Positions 36,749 through 46,600 of a DNA stretch of 64,000 nt are shown here, piece after piece. The translations under genes were made by a program, and so were the position numbers. How positions within the stretch are numbered: the first letter of the stretch is position 1; each line of letters starts with the position of its first letter. Where the stretch lies: positions 64,001 through 128,000 of IMG/VR virus record IMGVR_UViG_3300035698_026482; one strand, given 5' to 3'. A model generated the notes under the pieces. The model was not told where the DNA came from and did no database searches. It saw only the letters and a list, made by a program, of their open reading frames with translations. Source of the stretch: a virus.

Positions 36749-38449
36749 TCATACATCAATCGTATACACCGTGTTAGTATCGCCCCAAACTCGGCAAACA
36801 CGTGCCTGTTGGGCAACGGTTGCTTGTGACATATCTTTTTTTGCCTTGATATGAAAACGATCAAGCCTTGTAACAAAGTCTGTCCACCAGAATCGAGGCT
36901 GCGTTTCATGTATTAGCTTATATCCTGAAGACGGATACCCGTCACCTGAGGAGATCCTCATATCGGCATATGTGATTAATCCTATTCTTTCATTTTCGCG
37001 AGCTATTTTTAGTGCATGCTTCGTTAGCTTAGACAGGCCACCAATAACTGCACAATCACGCTTAATCGCAAACCTAGCAACTTCGTAACGTTTTTCATAT
37101 ATCTTTTTTTGTGGGGAACGTAGCGATATCGCACAAACAAGTTCATCATCATATACTAGTCCATACGCAGATTTAGCACGAATGTCTCCTGCAATATGAT
37201 TCTCGTCGAAGAAAGAGCGACGCTGTTCTCTTGTTAGTTTCACCAATTCACACTTTCTAGCAAAGATTTTTCTATCAGCATCGCCAAGTCGATATCTTAT
37301 CATCGAGGTAATAAGATCTTTTTTGTCGCGCCACTCGTCTTCAAAAATTGTAATGACACGATATCCAAGCTTTTCAGCTAGCTTACGTTTTAGCTGTGTT
37401 CGCCTACTGTCTGCTTCAACAGCTTCACTATGCCAGTATAATCCATGATATTCGATTGCTAATTTGTTATTGGGAAATACAATGTCAAGTTCATATGGGC
37501 GAATTAGCTGCCAATTAGATACTTCAGGTTTATATCCAAGTGCTAAGAACGTATTGGCGATATCTTGTTGTCCAATAGAAACAGACTGCTGTCTATCACA
37601 TAACATGCATCGCGGCGCTAATAACACGCTGCTAAGAACCCTTGCATCACTCTTACCACATTGTGCGCAGGCTACGTTAACAGGCATCATTATTCCTGTA
37701 TATGTCTCAAGCGTAACTGTCGGGGTTATGGCAATTGTTTCGTTCTCGGCAACGATTGCTAATCTTTTTGATAGCTCTTCATATGAAAGTCGATTACTGT
37801 CGCTTATTTTTTTCGCAGTAAGTCTAAGTTGAGCTTGACCTTCTTTCGTTTTATAGAACTTTGATTGCTCTTGTCCACGAGTCTTATGAAAATCTATACC
37901 GTCAGGGGAAGAAGCCCATTTTGCAACGCTAATAGCAACCTGCTGCTTTTTTAATTTGCCAACATCCGAGTCCCAAAATTGCTTAAGAGTAAGACTTCGA
38001 CGCTTATTAATTGCGCGGCCGTATTCAGTTTTGTATAGCTCCTTACACGCCTTTGAACGCTTTGCTATTAGCGTTTGACCTTCAGCTGTCTTATAAAATT
38101 GACGCATAGCGAAAGAGCGCTTTTTGGCGGCCAGCTTTACAGCGTTAGAGCCACTCAGCGCGCTTGATAGATTAAGACGATGATTAGCAGTTAAAGGCTT
38201 CCCTTTACGTCGTTTCGAAATACTTTCCCGCATGTCAGTAGTGTAATGGCCACTGACCAATGACATGAATTTGATGCCATTATGAAATCTTGTATACTGT
38301 CCACATCCACACAAGCACATTGGGCGTATGCCGCTGTGCACATGCTTAACAACATAATCTTCATAGGAAATGTCTAGGTGACATTTACGTAGATGATGCT
38401 TAAGGGCACAACGTGATTTCGTTAATAACCCGCATTCCAAACATTTCAT
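36749..38449 (-). CDS. Zn-finger + Vsr-like PD-(D/E)XK endonuclease + Mom-like GNAT fusion, copy 2
   Basis: CLEC...HLRKCH, CLCGCG, CAQC..CMLC; ELDIVFPNNKLAIEYHGLYWH...FEDEW; RRSFFDENHIAG..YGLVYDDELVCAISL..YEVARFAI..ITYADMRISSGDGYPSSGY. Confidence 0.8.
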   Translation of the reverse strand: MKCLECGLLTKSRCALKHHLRKCHLDISYEDYVVKHVHSGIRPMCLCGCGQYTRFHNGIKFMSLVSGHYTTDMRESISKRRKGKPLTANHRLNLSSALSGSNAVKLAAKKRSFAMRQFYKTAEGQTLIAKRSKACKELYKTEYGRAINKRRSLTLKQFWDSDVGKLKKQQVAISVAKWASSPDGIDFHKTRGQEQSKFYKTKEGQAQLRLTAKKISDSNRLSYEELSKRLAIVAENETIAITPTVTLETYTGIMMPVNVACAQCGKSDARVLSSVLLAPRCMLCDRQQSVSIGQQDIANTFLALGYKPEVSNWQLIRPYELDIVFPNNKLAIEYHGLYWHSEAVEADSRRTQLKRKLAEKLGYRVITIFEDEWRDKKDLITSMIRYRLGDADRKIFARKCELVKLTREQRRSFFDENHIAGDIRAKSAYGLVYDDELVCAISLRSPQKKIYEKRYEVARFAIKRDCAVIGGLSKLTKHALKIARENERIGLITYADMRISSGDGYPSSGYKLIHETQPRFWWTDFVTRLDRFHIKAKKDMSQATVAQQARVCRVWGDTNTVYTIDV

Positions 38450-38485
38450 ATAAAGAAAATAGACTTAACACACGTATGTGTTTAA

Positions 38486-38515
38486 CACCACTTACACATT
38501 AATGTGTAAGTGGTG
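38486..38515. repeat. Perfect 30-bp palindrome CACCACTTACACATT|AATGTGTAAGTGGTG
   Basis: Read directly: the two 15-nt arms are exact reverse complements with no spacer. Confidence 0.95.
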
Positions 38516-38531
38516 GATATCATTAACAAAA

Positions 38532-39752
38532 TTAGTAGTCCATTCGCACGGTATATGTCACGTCGCGTTCGTCATTTTTTTCAATTGGGCGCGAAAACTT
38601 GGCCACTGCCAACAGGTTGTCATTCCCATCATAGAAGCCGAGAGTTGTAATCATAGTAAACGACTTTTGGGTCTCTTCTTGACCCTCGTCAATTACAACA
38701 ATACGATCGTCAGCATCAACATACGTCGGATTCGATGAATAATTGAATTCATCAGCGCCTAGTCGTGCAAAAATCAGTGTTGAATTGATATTCGTGATGT
38801 TTTCATAGACGACTGCCGATAATGTGCCTGATCCGAATCGCGTCGAGGCCACATGATCAATAATATCATCAATTGACGCTGACACAACAAAATCCGGAAT
38901 GAATGAAGCCGAAACAATCATTTCACCTGGACCAGCATCAGTATTTGTTGATGTGGTGCCTGCCTTCATGGCGTCGATTACGCCTGTCATTACTTGATCT
39001 GCCTTTGTGACCTTCGCCATATCAAGCACAACAATACCTGCATCGTTAAACAAAAGACCAACTGTACGTGTGGTGTCAGATGCATCTACAATGTCTGATA
39101 CCTGTCCACCAAATGTAACTTCCTTGTTGGTTGATGCGCCAATATCGGTGTAGATTGAAAATCCAGAGGGATCCGAATCAACTATTTGTAGGTTGGAACC
39201 TGTAGTGTTTACAGTATCCTTATGTGAAAGTGATCCTGTTTGATAGAATCCCAGCACGAATGTCTCGCGCTTCATTTGATCGCGATGAAACAAGCGCTTG
39301 AAGTCTAGAAATAGTGCTGCATCAATAGTATCACTGGCGGTGCTTGACCCAAATGGAGCAACAAATGCGGAGTCGGCGCTGCCTAGCAATTTCTGTGCAT
39401 GCTGCTGATACATGAAGATCTTTTCACGCATCATCATTGTACTGGATGGAAAAAGAAATTTCCCGTTTGCATCTTCTCCAGATTTAAAGCCCTCAACGAT
39501 AGATGATGTATGATACAGGCCCATCGTTATATCAAGCACTGGATTGGCCGTTTGGGCCGTAAACGCTTGATCATGAACGGTGTGAAACAATGAGCTTGTT
39601 ACGCCGGGTCCTATACCTCCCGTGACCCACACTTGATATTGCTCGCGGGTTGCGGATCCAGAAATATCTTCTTGAATCACGTCAACGATCTGGTCTAAAA
39701 ATGACCGTCGTGTTTTAAAATCGTTCGACGAGAGCTCTTTCCAGGTTGACAC
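38532..39752 (-). CDS. Virion tail/baseplate protein, sharing its C-terminal domain with 34143..36560
   Basis: ARLGADEFNYSSNPTY...ITTLGFYDGNDNLLAVAKFSRPIEK..VRMDY. Confidence 0.7.
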   Translation of the reverse strand: MSTWKELSSNDFKTRRSFLDQIVDVIQEDISGSATREQYQVWVTGGIGPGVTSSLFHTVHDQAFTAQTANPVLDITMGLYHTSSIVEGFKSGEDANGKFLFPSSTMMMREKIFMYQQHAQKLLGSADSAFVAPFGSSTASDTIDAALFLDFKRLFHRDQMKRETFVLGFYQTGSLSHKDTVNTTGSNLQIVDSDPSGFSIYTDIGASTNKEVTFGGQVSDIVDASDTTRTVGLLFNDAGIVVLDMAKVTKADQVMTGVIDAMKAGTTSTNTDAGPGEMIVSASFIPDFVVSASIDDIIDHVASTRFGSGTLSAVVYENITNINSTLIFARLGADEFNYSSNPTYVDADDRIVVIDEGQEETQKSFTMITTLGFYDGNDNLLAVAKFSRPIEKNDERDVTYTVRMDY

Positions 39753-40676
39753 TTATGCTATCCCCTCTACAACATCAACAATTTGTTGATCAGTCATTGA
39801 ATTAAGTTTTTTATCAGTTAAACGTAACATTTTTTTTCCGTTATGAGCGCACCATTCAATTTGTTGAGCGTCAAGTAATTGTTTGGCGTTTATCGCATAT
39901 GCCTGTGTGCCGGGCTTTGCATTGACTGAGCCGCCTTCGCCGTGCCAATATACACCATCGACCTGAATGTATAACTCGTGATGCTTTATATACATGTCAA
40001 TATCCCATCCGTTCAAGCGTACATGAGTTTCTACATAGCTATCGCCGTACGCCGACCTAAGCACCTGTACAACACGGCGCTCTACCCATGATTCATTAAA
40101 TGTACCATTTTTGCGTTTTGTAGCATGAGACTTTTTTCTAATCGTAGTGCTCTGCATTGGACTATAGACACCATGGCGATGTTGCATAGTCCGATGATAC
40201 TTCTCAGAAACAACAGGATTATCATGAATCGGCGCTGGTGATCCATATTTCTCGATGCGAGTCTCAATCATCTTATCTTTTGTTGCCTTAAGCTTGGTCG
40301 GATGACATCCGTACTTATTATCAAATACCTTCTTAATCTTCTTTTGAACAGTAGTTGATGCAATTGCATGTTCGTGACCATAGCGTTCAAGGTTTGTGGC
40401 TTTCGTTTTTGTGCGAACAGCTGCATTTTGATGCGGATAATCAACGCCATAACGCTCACGACAAGTTATAACGCATTTGACGTGTTTTGCGGCGCCCGTT
40501 TTTTGGGCAACATTTGAACATTTCCGCGAACAAAAATGCAAGTCTTGTGACACAAAATGCACAGAATACTTCTTCATAAACGATTCGCTGCATGAATCGC
40601 ATGTCATTACCGACGTTTTTTTCGGTCTGGACATTCCCCAGCGCTCGCTGGGGCTTATTAGAGTTTTAGTGTACAT
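39753..40676 (-). CDS. Free-standing Vsr-like PD-(D/E)XK homing endonuclease (no Mom-like domain)
   Basis: CDSC..FCSRKC zinc finger; repeated E(R/K)YG helices; SWVERRV...DIDMYI...IQVDGVYWHG. Confidence 0.75.
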   Translation of the reverse strand: MYTKTLISPSERWGMSRPKKTSVMTCDSCSESFMKKYSVHFVSQDLHFCSRKCSNVAQKTGAAKHVKCVITCRERYGVDYPHQNAAVRTKTKATNLERYGHEHAIASTTVQKKIKKVFDNKYGCHPTKLKATKDKMIETRIEKYGSPAPIHDNPVVSEKYHRTMQHRHGVYSPMQSTTIRKKSHATKRKNGTFNESWVERRVVQVLRSAYGDSYVETHVRLNGWDIDMYIKHHELYIQVDGVYWHGEGGSVNAKPGTQAYAINAKQLLDAQQIEWCAHNGKKMLRLTDKKLNSMTDQQIVDVVEGIA

Positions 40677-40689
40677 ATCAATTTATCTT

Positions 40690-41403
40690 TTAGCCCGTCT
40701 TCGAAATCTGAACTTCAAATTCTTTTACAGCGCCCGATTGCGCACCGGAAACCTTGACAAACGTCTTTATAAGGTTCTTGTTTGCTTTTTGGCCAAAAAT
40801 TGTAAATTGAGCATCTGTAATCGCCCTGACCTGTAGCGTGAATGTTAACTGTGATCCACCGAGTGTTGTTTCACCTGCGTCACGACTAAGAAGGAACGTT
40901 GCCCTACGCTGGAAATCAATGTCGTCGGCGACTTGGCCTGCAACTTCAAGAAACTGACTATCAAGAGTAATGATAAAGATCTGATCACGTAACTCAGGAT
41001 CAATTTCATCTTCGTCTTGAATTGTCTGTGCAAGTTGTAGACGACGTGCCGTATTGGTCACACGACTCATGGAGACAACAGCGGCAGTTGAATCTAGACC
41101 TTCACCTGTTAGTTGTACACGAGGCAGGCGTATTAGGTTTGGATTTGAAACACTAATAGCACGATACTTGAGCGCAAGGTTGCCATTCGTTTGGGCCTCG
41201 AAGATAGGCGTATTCTTCTCAATCTTCTCCTTGCCAAGCGTCCGCCCGAATTGTCTAATGATGTTATAATTGACCTCATCGTCAGCGGCTGCAAATTTGA
41301 CAATGTCAAAGCTGCCATCGTTACGGGCAAGGAATTGTCTGCCCGTGTCCGTCAGGACGCAGTCGAGGATGATATTATTGGTGGAATGCTGTAGAAAACC
41401 CAT
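40690..41403 (-). CDS. Baseplate/tail-associated structural protein
   Basis: MGFLQH..ILDCVLTDTGRQFLAR..IVKFAAADDEVNY; N-terminal paralogue of 50473..51396. Confidence 0.65.
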   Translation of the reverse strand: MGFLQHSTNNIILDCVLTDTGRQFLARNDGSFDIVKFAAADDEVNYNIIRQFGRTLGKEKIEKNTPIFEAQTNGNLALKYRAISVSNPNLIRLPRVQLTGEGLDSTAAVVSMSRVTNTARRLQLAQTIQDEDEIDPELRDQIFIITLDSQFLEVAGQVADDIDFQRRATFLLSRDAGETTLGGSQLTFTLQVRAITDAQFTIFGQKANKNLIKTFVKVSGAQSGAVKEFEVQISKTG

Positions 41404-41496
41404 GATGTGATATCTTTATATCTTGGTAGCTTGCTTGTTGATCGTCAACGACGTGTGGTATGTGGTTCATGATTGGGTAGATTGACTATGATTGAA

Positions 41497-41742
41497 CTAG
41501 TCGCCGACGTTAGAAGGACCTATCCATTCAATCCATTCCCAGGCCTTGAGTTTAACTTCTTCATCCGTTGTATCCCAATCCGTTCCTATATGTGCTACGC
41601 TACCGTCGGTGTATAAAAGACCAATTTCAGGCTGTTCGCTTGGGCGATAACGAATCCACCAATAGCCAGATTTCCTTGATTCGCTTCGATTCTCGAGCTC
41701 CTCGCGAATAATCTTGCGTAGTTTTTTTATTACGGATGACAT
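41497..41742 (-). CDS. Small Trp-rich hypothetical protein
   Basis: 81 aa; VIKKLRKIIREELE then SGYWWIRY...WEWIEWIGP. Confidence 0.65.
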   Translation of the reverse strand: MSSVIKKLRKIIREELENRSESRKSGYWWIRYRPSEQPEIGLLYTDGSVAHIGTDWDTTDEEVKLKAWEWIEWIGPSNVGD

Positions 41743-41757
41743 CTTGTTCGATAAATA

Positions 41758-43668
41758 TCAACCCCCACCGGAACCCTTCTTTTTAGTCTTCGTTGTGGGA
41801 ACTGACTTTCCTTCTGCAGGCGGCGCCTTTCGTCTGTCCTTCAGGACTATATCAAGGACGGCAGGTTGCTGTAAATCGGTATTCATGAGTTGTAGACGAT
41901 ATGATCCGCCAGTCTTATCTGTTGACAATAGATTAAGCTTACGTTGTCGACGATCGAATATTTCCAGAAATTCTGGGTCAAAATATACTGCCATTTGCGA
42001 GTGACGTGAATCTTTTATCACATCGACGATTACGTCGTCTTGTGTAACAAACATATTTGGGTATGGTTTTGGTGCGCCTGCTGACGAAACAATCCGACGA
42101 ATGATACTGTTTTTAGCAGAGTCAAATGATGCCTCAATTTGCGTTGAATAATTTGAAACAAGTCCATGTGCATCAACACAACTAACAGCGTAGATAAATT
42201 TCGATGTCCGATTAAAATCTAAGTCAATATACATCGTTTTTGCAGATTTATGCGTTTCAATCAGTGATGGTGCTGGTGTTTCACCTGATTCAATACGCAC
42301 TAAGCTATTATTGAAATCATATTCACGTAGCAATTGAAACGGCTCGTATATTGAGCTTCTTCGGAATACTTGGAACTTCTTAATATCACGTTGTCTATTG
42401 ACTGGGAATGCCCATGTAATACGGGCTGCTTTTGCCTTACGATCCCAGCCAACCTGGAAGTCAGCTGGTGGTGGTGGGGGTACGTTTTCCACACAATCGA
42501 TAACGATTCGCTGACCAGGCTTTGACGAAATAAGCATTGTTGCAGCAACTAATTCATCTTGTCCTTCGACTGTCGCAACAAATTCAACTTCGGCGACGGC
42601 ACGAATTGTATACGAATATCTTTTTCCATAAGCGATATCAGTATCAAACGCACGACTTGTAAGTGGATTTTCAATAATAATCGGATCACGTGTGATCATA
42701 CGACCATCCTCTATAATCTCAGATTTATCAATGATATATCCTGCAATTTTTTTACGAGTATTGAATGACGATACGTTAACACTTCGTGTTTTTACTGGAT
42801 CACCGAATGTTTCATATTCCGCAGTATCGATTGACCCTGCATCAAATTCAGAAACAGCGGATGCTTGTTGAGCTTCCGCGTCTGAAAGTATTGGAGCAAC
42901 TTCATCTATAAAAAGACTGAAGGGGTCTGCACCAATTGATTTAAGAGTTGTACCGATAAATTTGGAGTTGATTTGTACATCCAATCCGACGTCCTTTACT
43001 CGTTCAAATCGCCGTTCAATTTTTTCAGCTTGCATTCCTTCATCAATAAATCTAGCATTTAACTGCTTTAGATTATTCAATGATTCAATAACAAATTTGG
43101 CATCATCTTCACCTTGCCCCACTGATAACAATTTTGCGGCGTCGAATAAGCTAATATTGGGCTTCCCTAATACTCGATTGATCTTTCGTTCGGTCGCTCG
43201 AAACGCATGTTTTAGCTGACGATTATGATTGCTAACCTGGCGAGCCATTGCACCCGATGCGATTAAGAACAGTTTTTCATCAAGCCCATCGTCTTGAAAT
43301 CTTACGCCCGTAAACGAAGTGTTCGTAAGCTCATTTTCGATTTTAATTTTATCAAAGTTTTGCTCAATCGAAGTATCAATCTGGTCGGCAGGGTCGAACT
43401 CGGGCGCCCTGAACATGTTATTATGAAAACCTCCCGCGTTGAGTTTCACAGTAACATAATCAAACTGAATAAACCGAGGGGCTGCTCGTTCAAGTTTTCT
43501 AACAATATCCGTATCTGTCTGATCGAGTTCTTCGCCTACGTCATTGACGCTTTCATCTGGCGAAAAAAAGTTGTAAACAAATTTGCCGCGAAATCCGGGA
43601 ACTTCTGGTACATCTGCAAATGTAACCGGTGACGACGGAAATGATTTATCTAATGAAGCGCGGCCCAT
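41758..43668 (-). CDS. Hypothetical structural protein with Fn3/Ig-like domains
   Basis: PPPPADFQVGW..ARITW..KKFQVFRR..YAVSCVDAHG resembles an Fn3 pattern. Confidence 0.65.
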   Translation of the reverse strand: MGRASLDKSFPSSPVTFADVPEVPGFRGKFVYNFFSPDESVNDVGEELDQTDTDIVRKLERAAPRFIQFDYVTVKLNAGGFHNNMFRAPEFDPADQIDTSIEQNFDKIKIENELTNTSFTGVRFQDDGLDEKLFLIASGAMARQVSNHNRQLKHAFRATERKINRVLGKPNISLFDAAKLLSVGQGEDDAKFVIESLNNLKQLNARFIDEGMQAEKIERRFERVKDVGLDVQINSKFIGTTLKSIGADPFSLFIDEVAPILSDAEAQQASAVSEFDAGSIDTAEYETFGDPVKTRSVNVSSFNTRKKIAGYIIDKSEIIEDGRMITRDPIIIENPLTSRAFDTDIAYGKRYSYTIRAVAEVEFVATVEGQDELVAATMLISSKPGQRIVIDCVENVPPPPPADFQVGWDRKAKAARITWAFPVNRQRDIKKFQVFRRSSIYEPFQLLREYDFNNSLVRIESGETPAPSLIETHKSAKTMYIDLDFNRTSKFIYAVSCVDAHGLVSNYSTQIEASFDSAKNSIIRRIVSSAGAPKPYPNMFVTQDDVIVDVIKDSRHSQMAVYFDPEFLEIFDRRQRKLNLLSTDKTGGSYRLQLMNTDLQQPAVLDIVLKDRRKAPPAEGKSVPTTKTKKKGSGGG

Positions 43669-46600
43669 TATTTGTTACCTAGCTGAGTAATTTTTGGTGC
43701 AAATTTTAAGCGTGGTCGAACAGATGATTGTCCCGGTCGAGCGGATCTTTGATTCGTAACTGCACGAGGATTTGCACGACGAGCCCGAGACAATTTAATT
43801 GCGCGATCACGGGATGACGCGGGCGGTTCGTATCTTGATATGACGGTAAAATATTGTTCAATTGTTACATCACGCTCGACAGGAGGGCGTCTGACCAGTG
43901 TCTTAGTTTCGCCCGTTGTGGCGTTTCTGGTTTCAATAATACGGTCTTCAGCCCGGAGACGTCTTAGCGCATATCGACCCGATGCAGTTTCATTTGTTTT
44001 CTCGACGTCGATTTCGAATGAAAACGGGTCGACGACAACATTAAAAATTCGTTCAAAAAGCTTTGGTGACGTAATTGCGCGACGCTGGCGCTCGCCACCC
44101 GTCATAATGCTTCTCGAGCTTGCTAGCTTCGCTAAGTCAGTAAGATCATTTGTGACCAACACATTGCCACCGTCAATGTCTGATTTATCAATAATGAGCT
44201 GTTGCTCAAGAATTCCGGGCGTAAATTCACCGTCTTCGATGTTTTGTAATAGCTCATCAAATTCTAAAAAGCGCTCCCGCAGATCGGCAAGCGTAAGATC
44301 ATGAGAGCCTTTTTCTACAAGACGCTCGGCAATGCGCGAAAAAATTGCGCCTGAGTTTGGGTCATCTTGCGACGATATTGCATCAGGCTCGAGCAGGAAT
44401 GAACTTTCTCTAACATCCATGCCTGTGAGCATCCTCAAATATACACCCAACAAATAACTTGAAGTATGATTCTCCGTCATGCTTTCACGATCAGTTTTTG
44501 ACATAAAAGAATAACGGTCGTCTTTTAGTACATCAGCCCCTAATTGACCCCGAATATCACGCAAACTAAATGACGAAAGATCAATAAACTTTGTTAGCTT
44601 AGATATTGTCGATTGATAATTTAGCGGACGCGTTGCCCCTCTGCGCTTTGTATCACGAAACGAGAATGACGATACAAAACGTGACATTTCAAAAACGAAT
44701 TTCTGGGGCTTGAATGTGATATCTTCCTCAATCACGTCCTTTTTATATACGTCAATGGATATCATATCAAGCTCACGATCATTAAGACTGTCCTGGAAGT
44801 CAAGTTCATCAAAGCGATCAGAATCCTCCAACCTGTCTGTAAAACCAGACGGCACACCAATTGTTAGAATTTTTGAAACCTTACCATCAGATCCTCTAAA
44901 GCGAGGGTCGCTGAGCATGCTCCACAACGCATTTTGAACTGGGCGGGAAACATGTGAATCGTCGGCGAACGGTGAACTTACTGTTTTGTCGCCACTTTCC
45001 TTATCCAGCTGCGGATCGAATACAACTTTATCGTTCTTAAAGCGGGCTGGCGAAAATTTTGCGTTGGCGGCAGTAATATCATATAATTGTATCAATGACA
45101 ATGCAGCCTGTTGTTTTGATAGTAACAGACGACGTGCTTCTTTTTCTCGCTTGTCCGATAAAATTCGCAATGCCTCAGGCAACAATTTTGCTTTCTTAAT
45201 GCCGGTATTTTTTTTAACCCTCTTTGACGGCAAGCGCTTACGCGTACGTGCCTGTCCACGGCTGCGCGTTGATTTTTCTGGTCTTACTTTAAACGCGTTA
45301 AATATTGATTTAGGCTGTTTATCTTCAACGCCTAACGTTTGTGCTGCGCTATCAACTGCTTCGTCCAAATCAACAACAAGCGCTCTTAACGTAGCTGTCA
45401 TCGATTCAATAACGTGTCGATCTTCTTGCAAGCTTTTTTTGATGCCGCCGATCTCTGTTTTCAGTTCCTCCAAAATACCGTCGTTAGCGCTATTTCCTGA
45501 TGAGAGTGCGCCTAGTGAACTCCCTATTTGTTTATTTGCATTTTGTGGCTTCAAAAACTTTATTGCCTTAAATGACTTAAACTTTGTGCCTAGAAGGGGA
45601 TTTTTTGTATTAACGGCCTCTATGAATGTTTTCGCCAATGAACGATCAAGCTGAATTTTAACTTGATTGTTGGACGATAGGCTACCAAATGACGAGAAGC
45701 CGTACGATCCAAGCGTAGACGCGAACAACTCAAATCCCATGAGTAATCTTGTGCTTGAACTAATCGAAAGATATCGTGATCTACCTGTTCTATCAGGTCG
45801 AAGATGGCCTTGCGTTTTATTACCTGCAAGGTCCTCTGTTTCATCTATGAACCTGGCTATAATAAGCATGATATCTCGAAAATCTTCGCTAAAATCTTCG
45901 CTTGTAGTGGGTCTATTAAAGTTTATAGAAGTTTTTCTTGCTGCAATCGACGGGCGGCCGAGCGGAGATTTTGCTTGTTTGGCGCTATTCGACGCCATTA
46001 TTGATAAAGAAGATACACGCGTTTGTCCTGCAAGGACAATATTGCCAATCTTTCCTCTACGTGATAATAGCTCAAACGTCCTATCAACGATCAAGCGTTG
46101 TACATGTTTGTAAGCTGCACCAAGTACACGCGTTGTGCGTATCGGTAGTGGTCCAATATTTTCTGCTTCTGTAAAATTAAATTCGTTTGCCTGCGGAGAT
46201 GTTTCTAGAAATACATCCAGTGTTGCGTTATTTAACGCAGGTAAATCGTTATAGATCGCAACTTCATTATTGATTATCTCATCAACAATTTCAATGGTCT
46301 CAGCGTCTTCTGATCCTAGTTTGTCATTCCAAACTACAGACATGAACATCAATTGGAACAATAAGCGTCTCAATCTGCGATCTGTTTGTGCAAGCTCAAA
46401 CACGCCGATTATAAATGCGTAATTACGCATTTTGCCGTCTGTCTTATCAAGACGTTCCAAAATCAAGTTCGTTGATTTTAGCATTCGATTAAAAACAACA
46501 TCGGCACGAACCGCTGCAACTTGCGACCCCCACGCCTTTTTAGATGCGGGTGAAGAGGTTCTTGCCGCTATATCAAGTATGTCAAGCGCAGGCAATAACT

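Noticed and set aside
38486-38515. Palindrome as a protelomerase (telRL-like) site or terminator
   Set aside because: No protelomerase is in the window, the site lies inside a co-directional gene run, and there is no loop or U-tract. Kept only as an unexplained palindrome.
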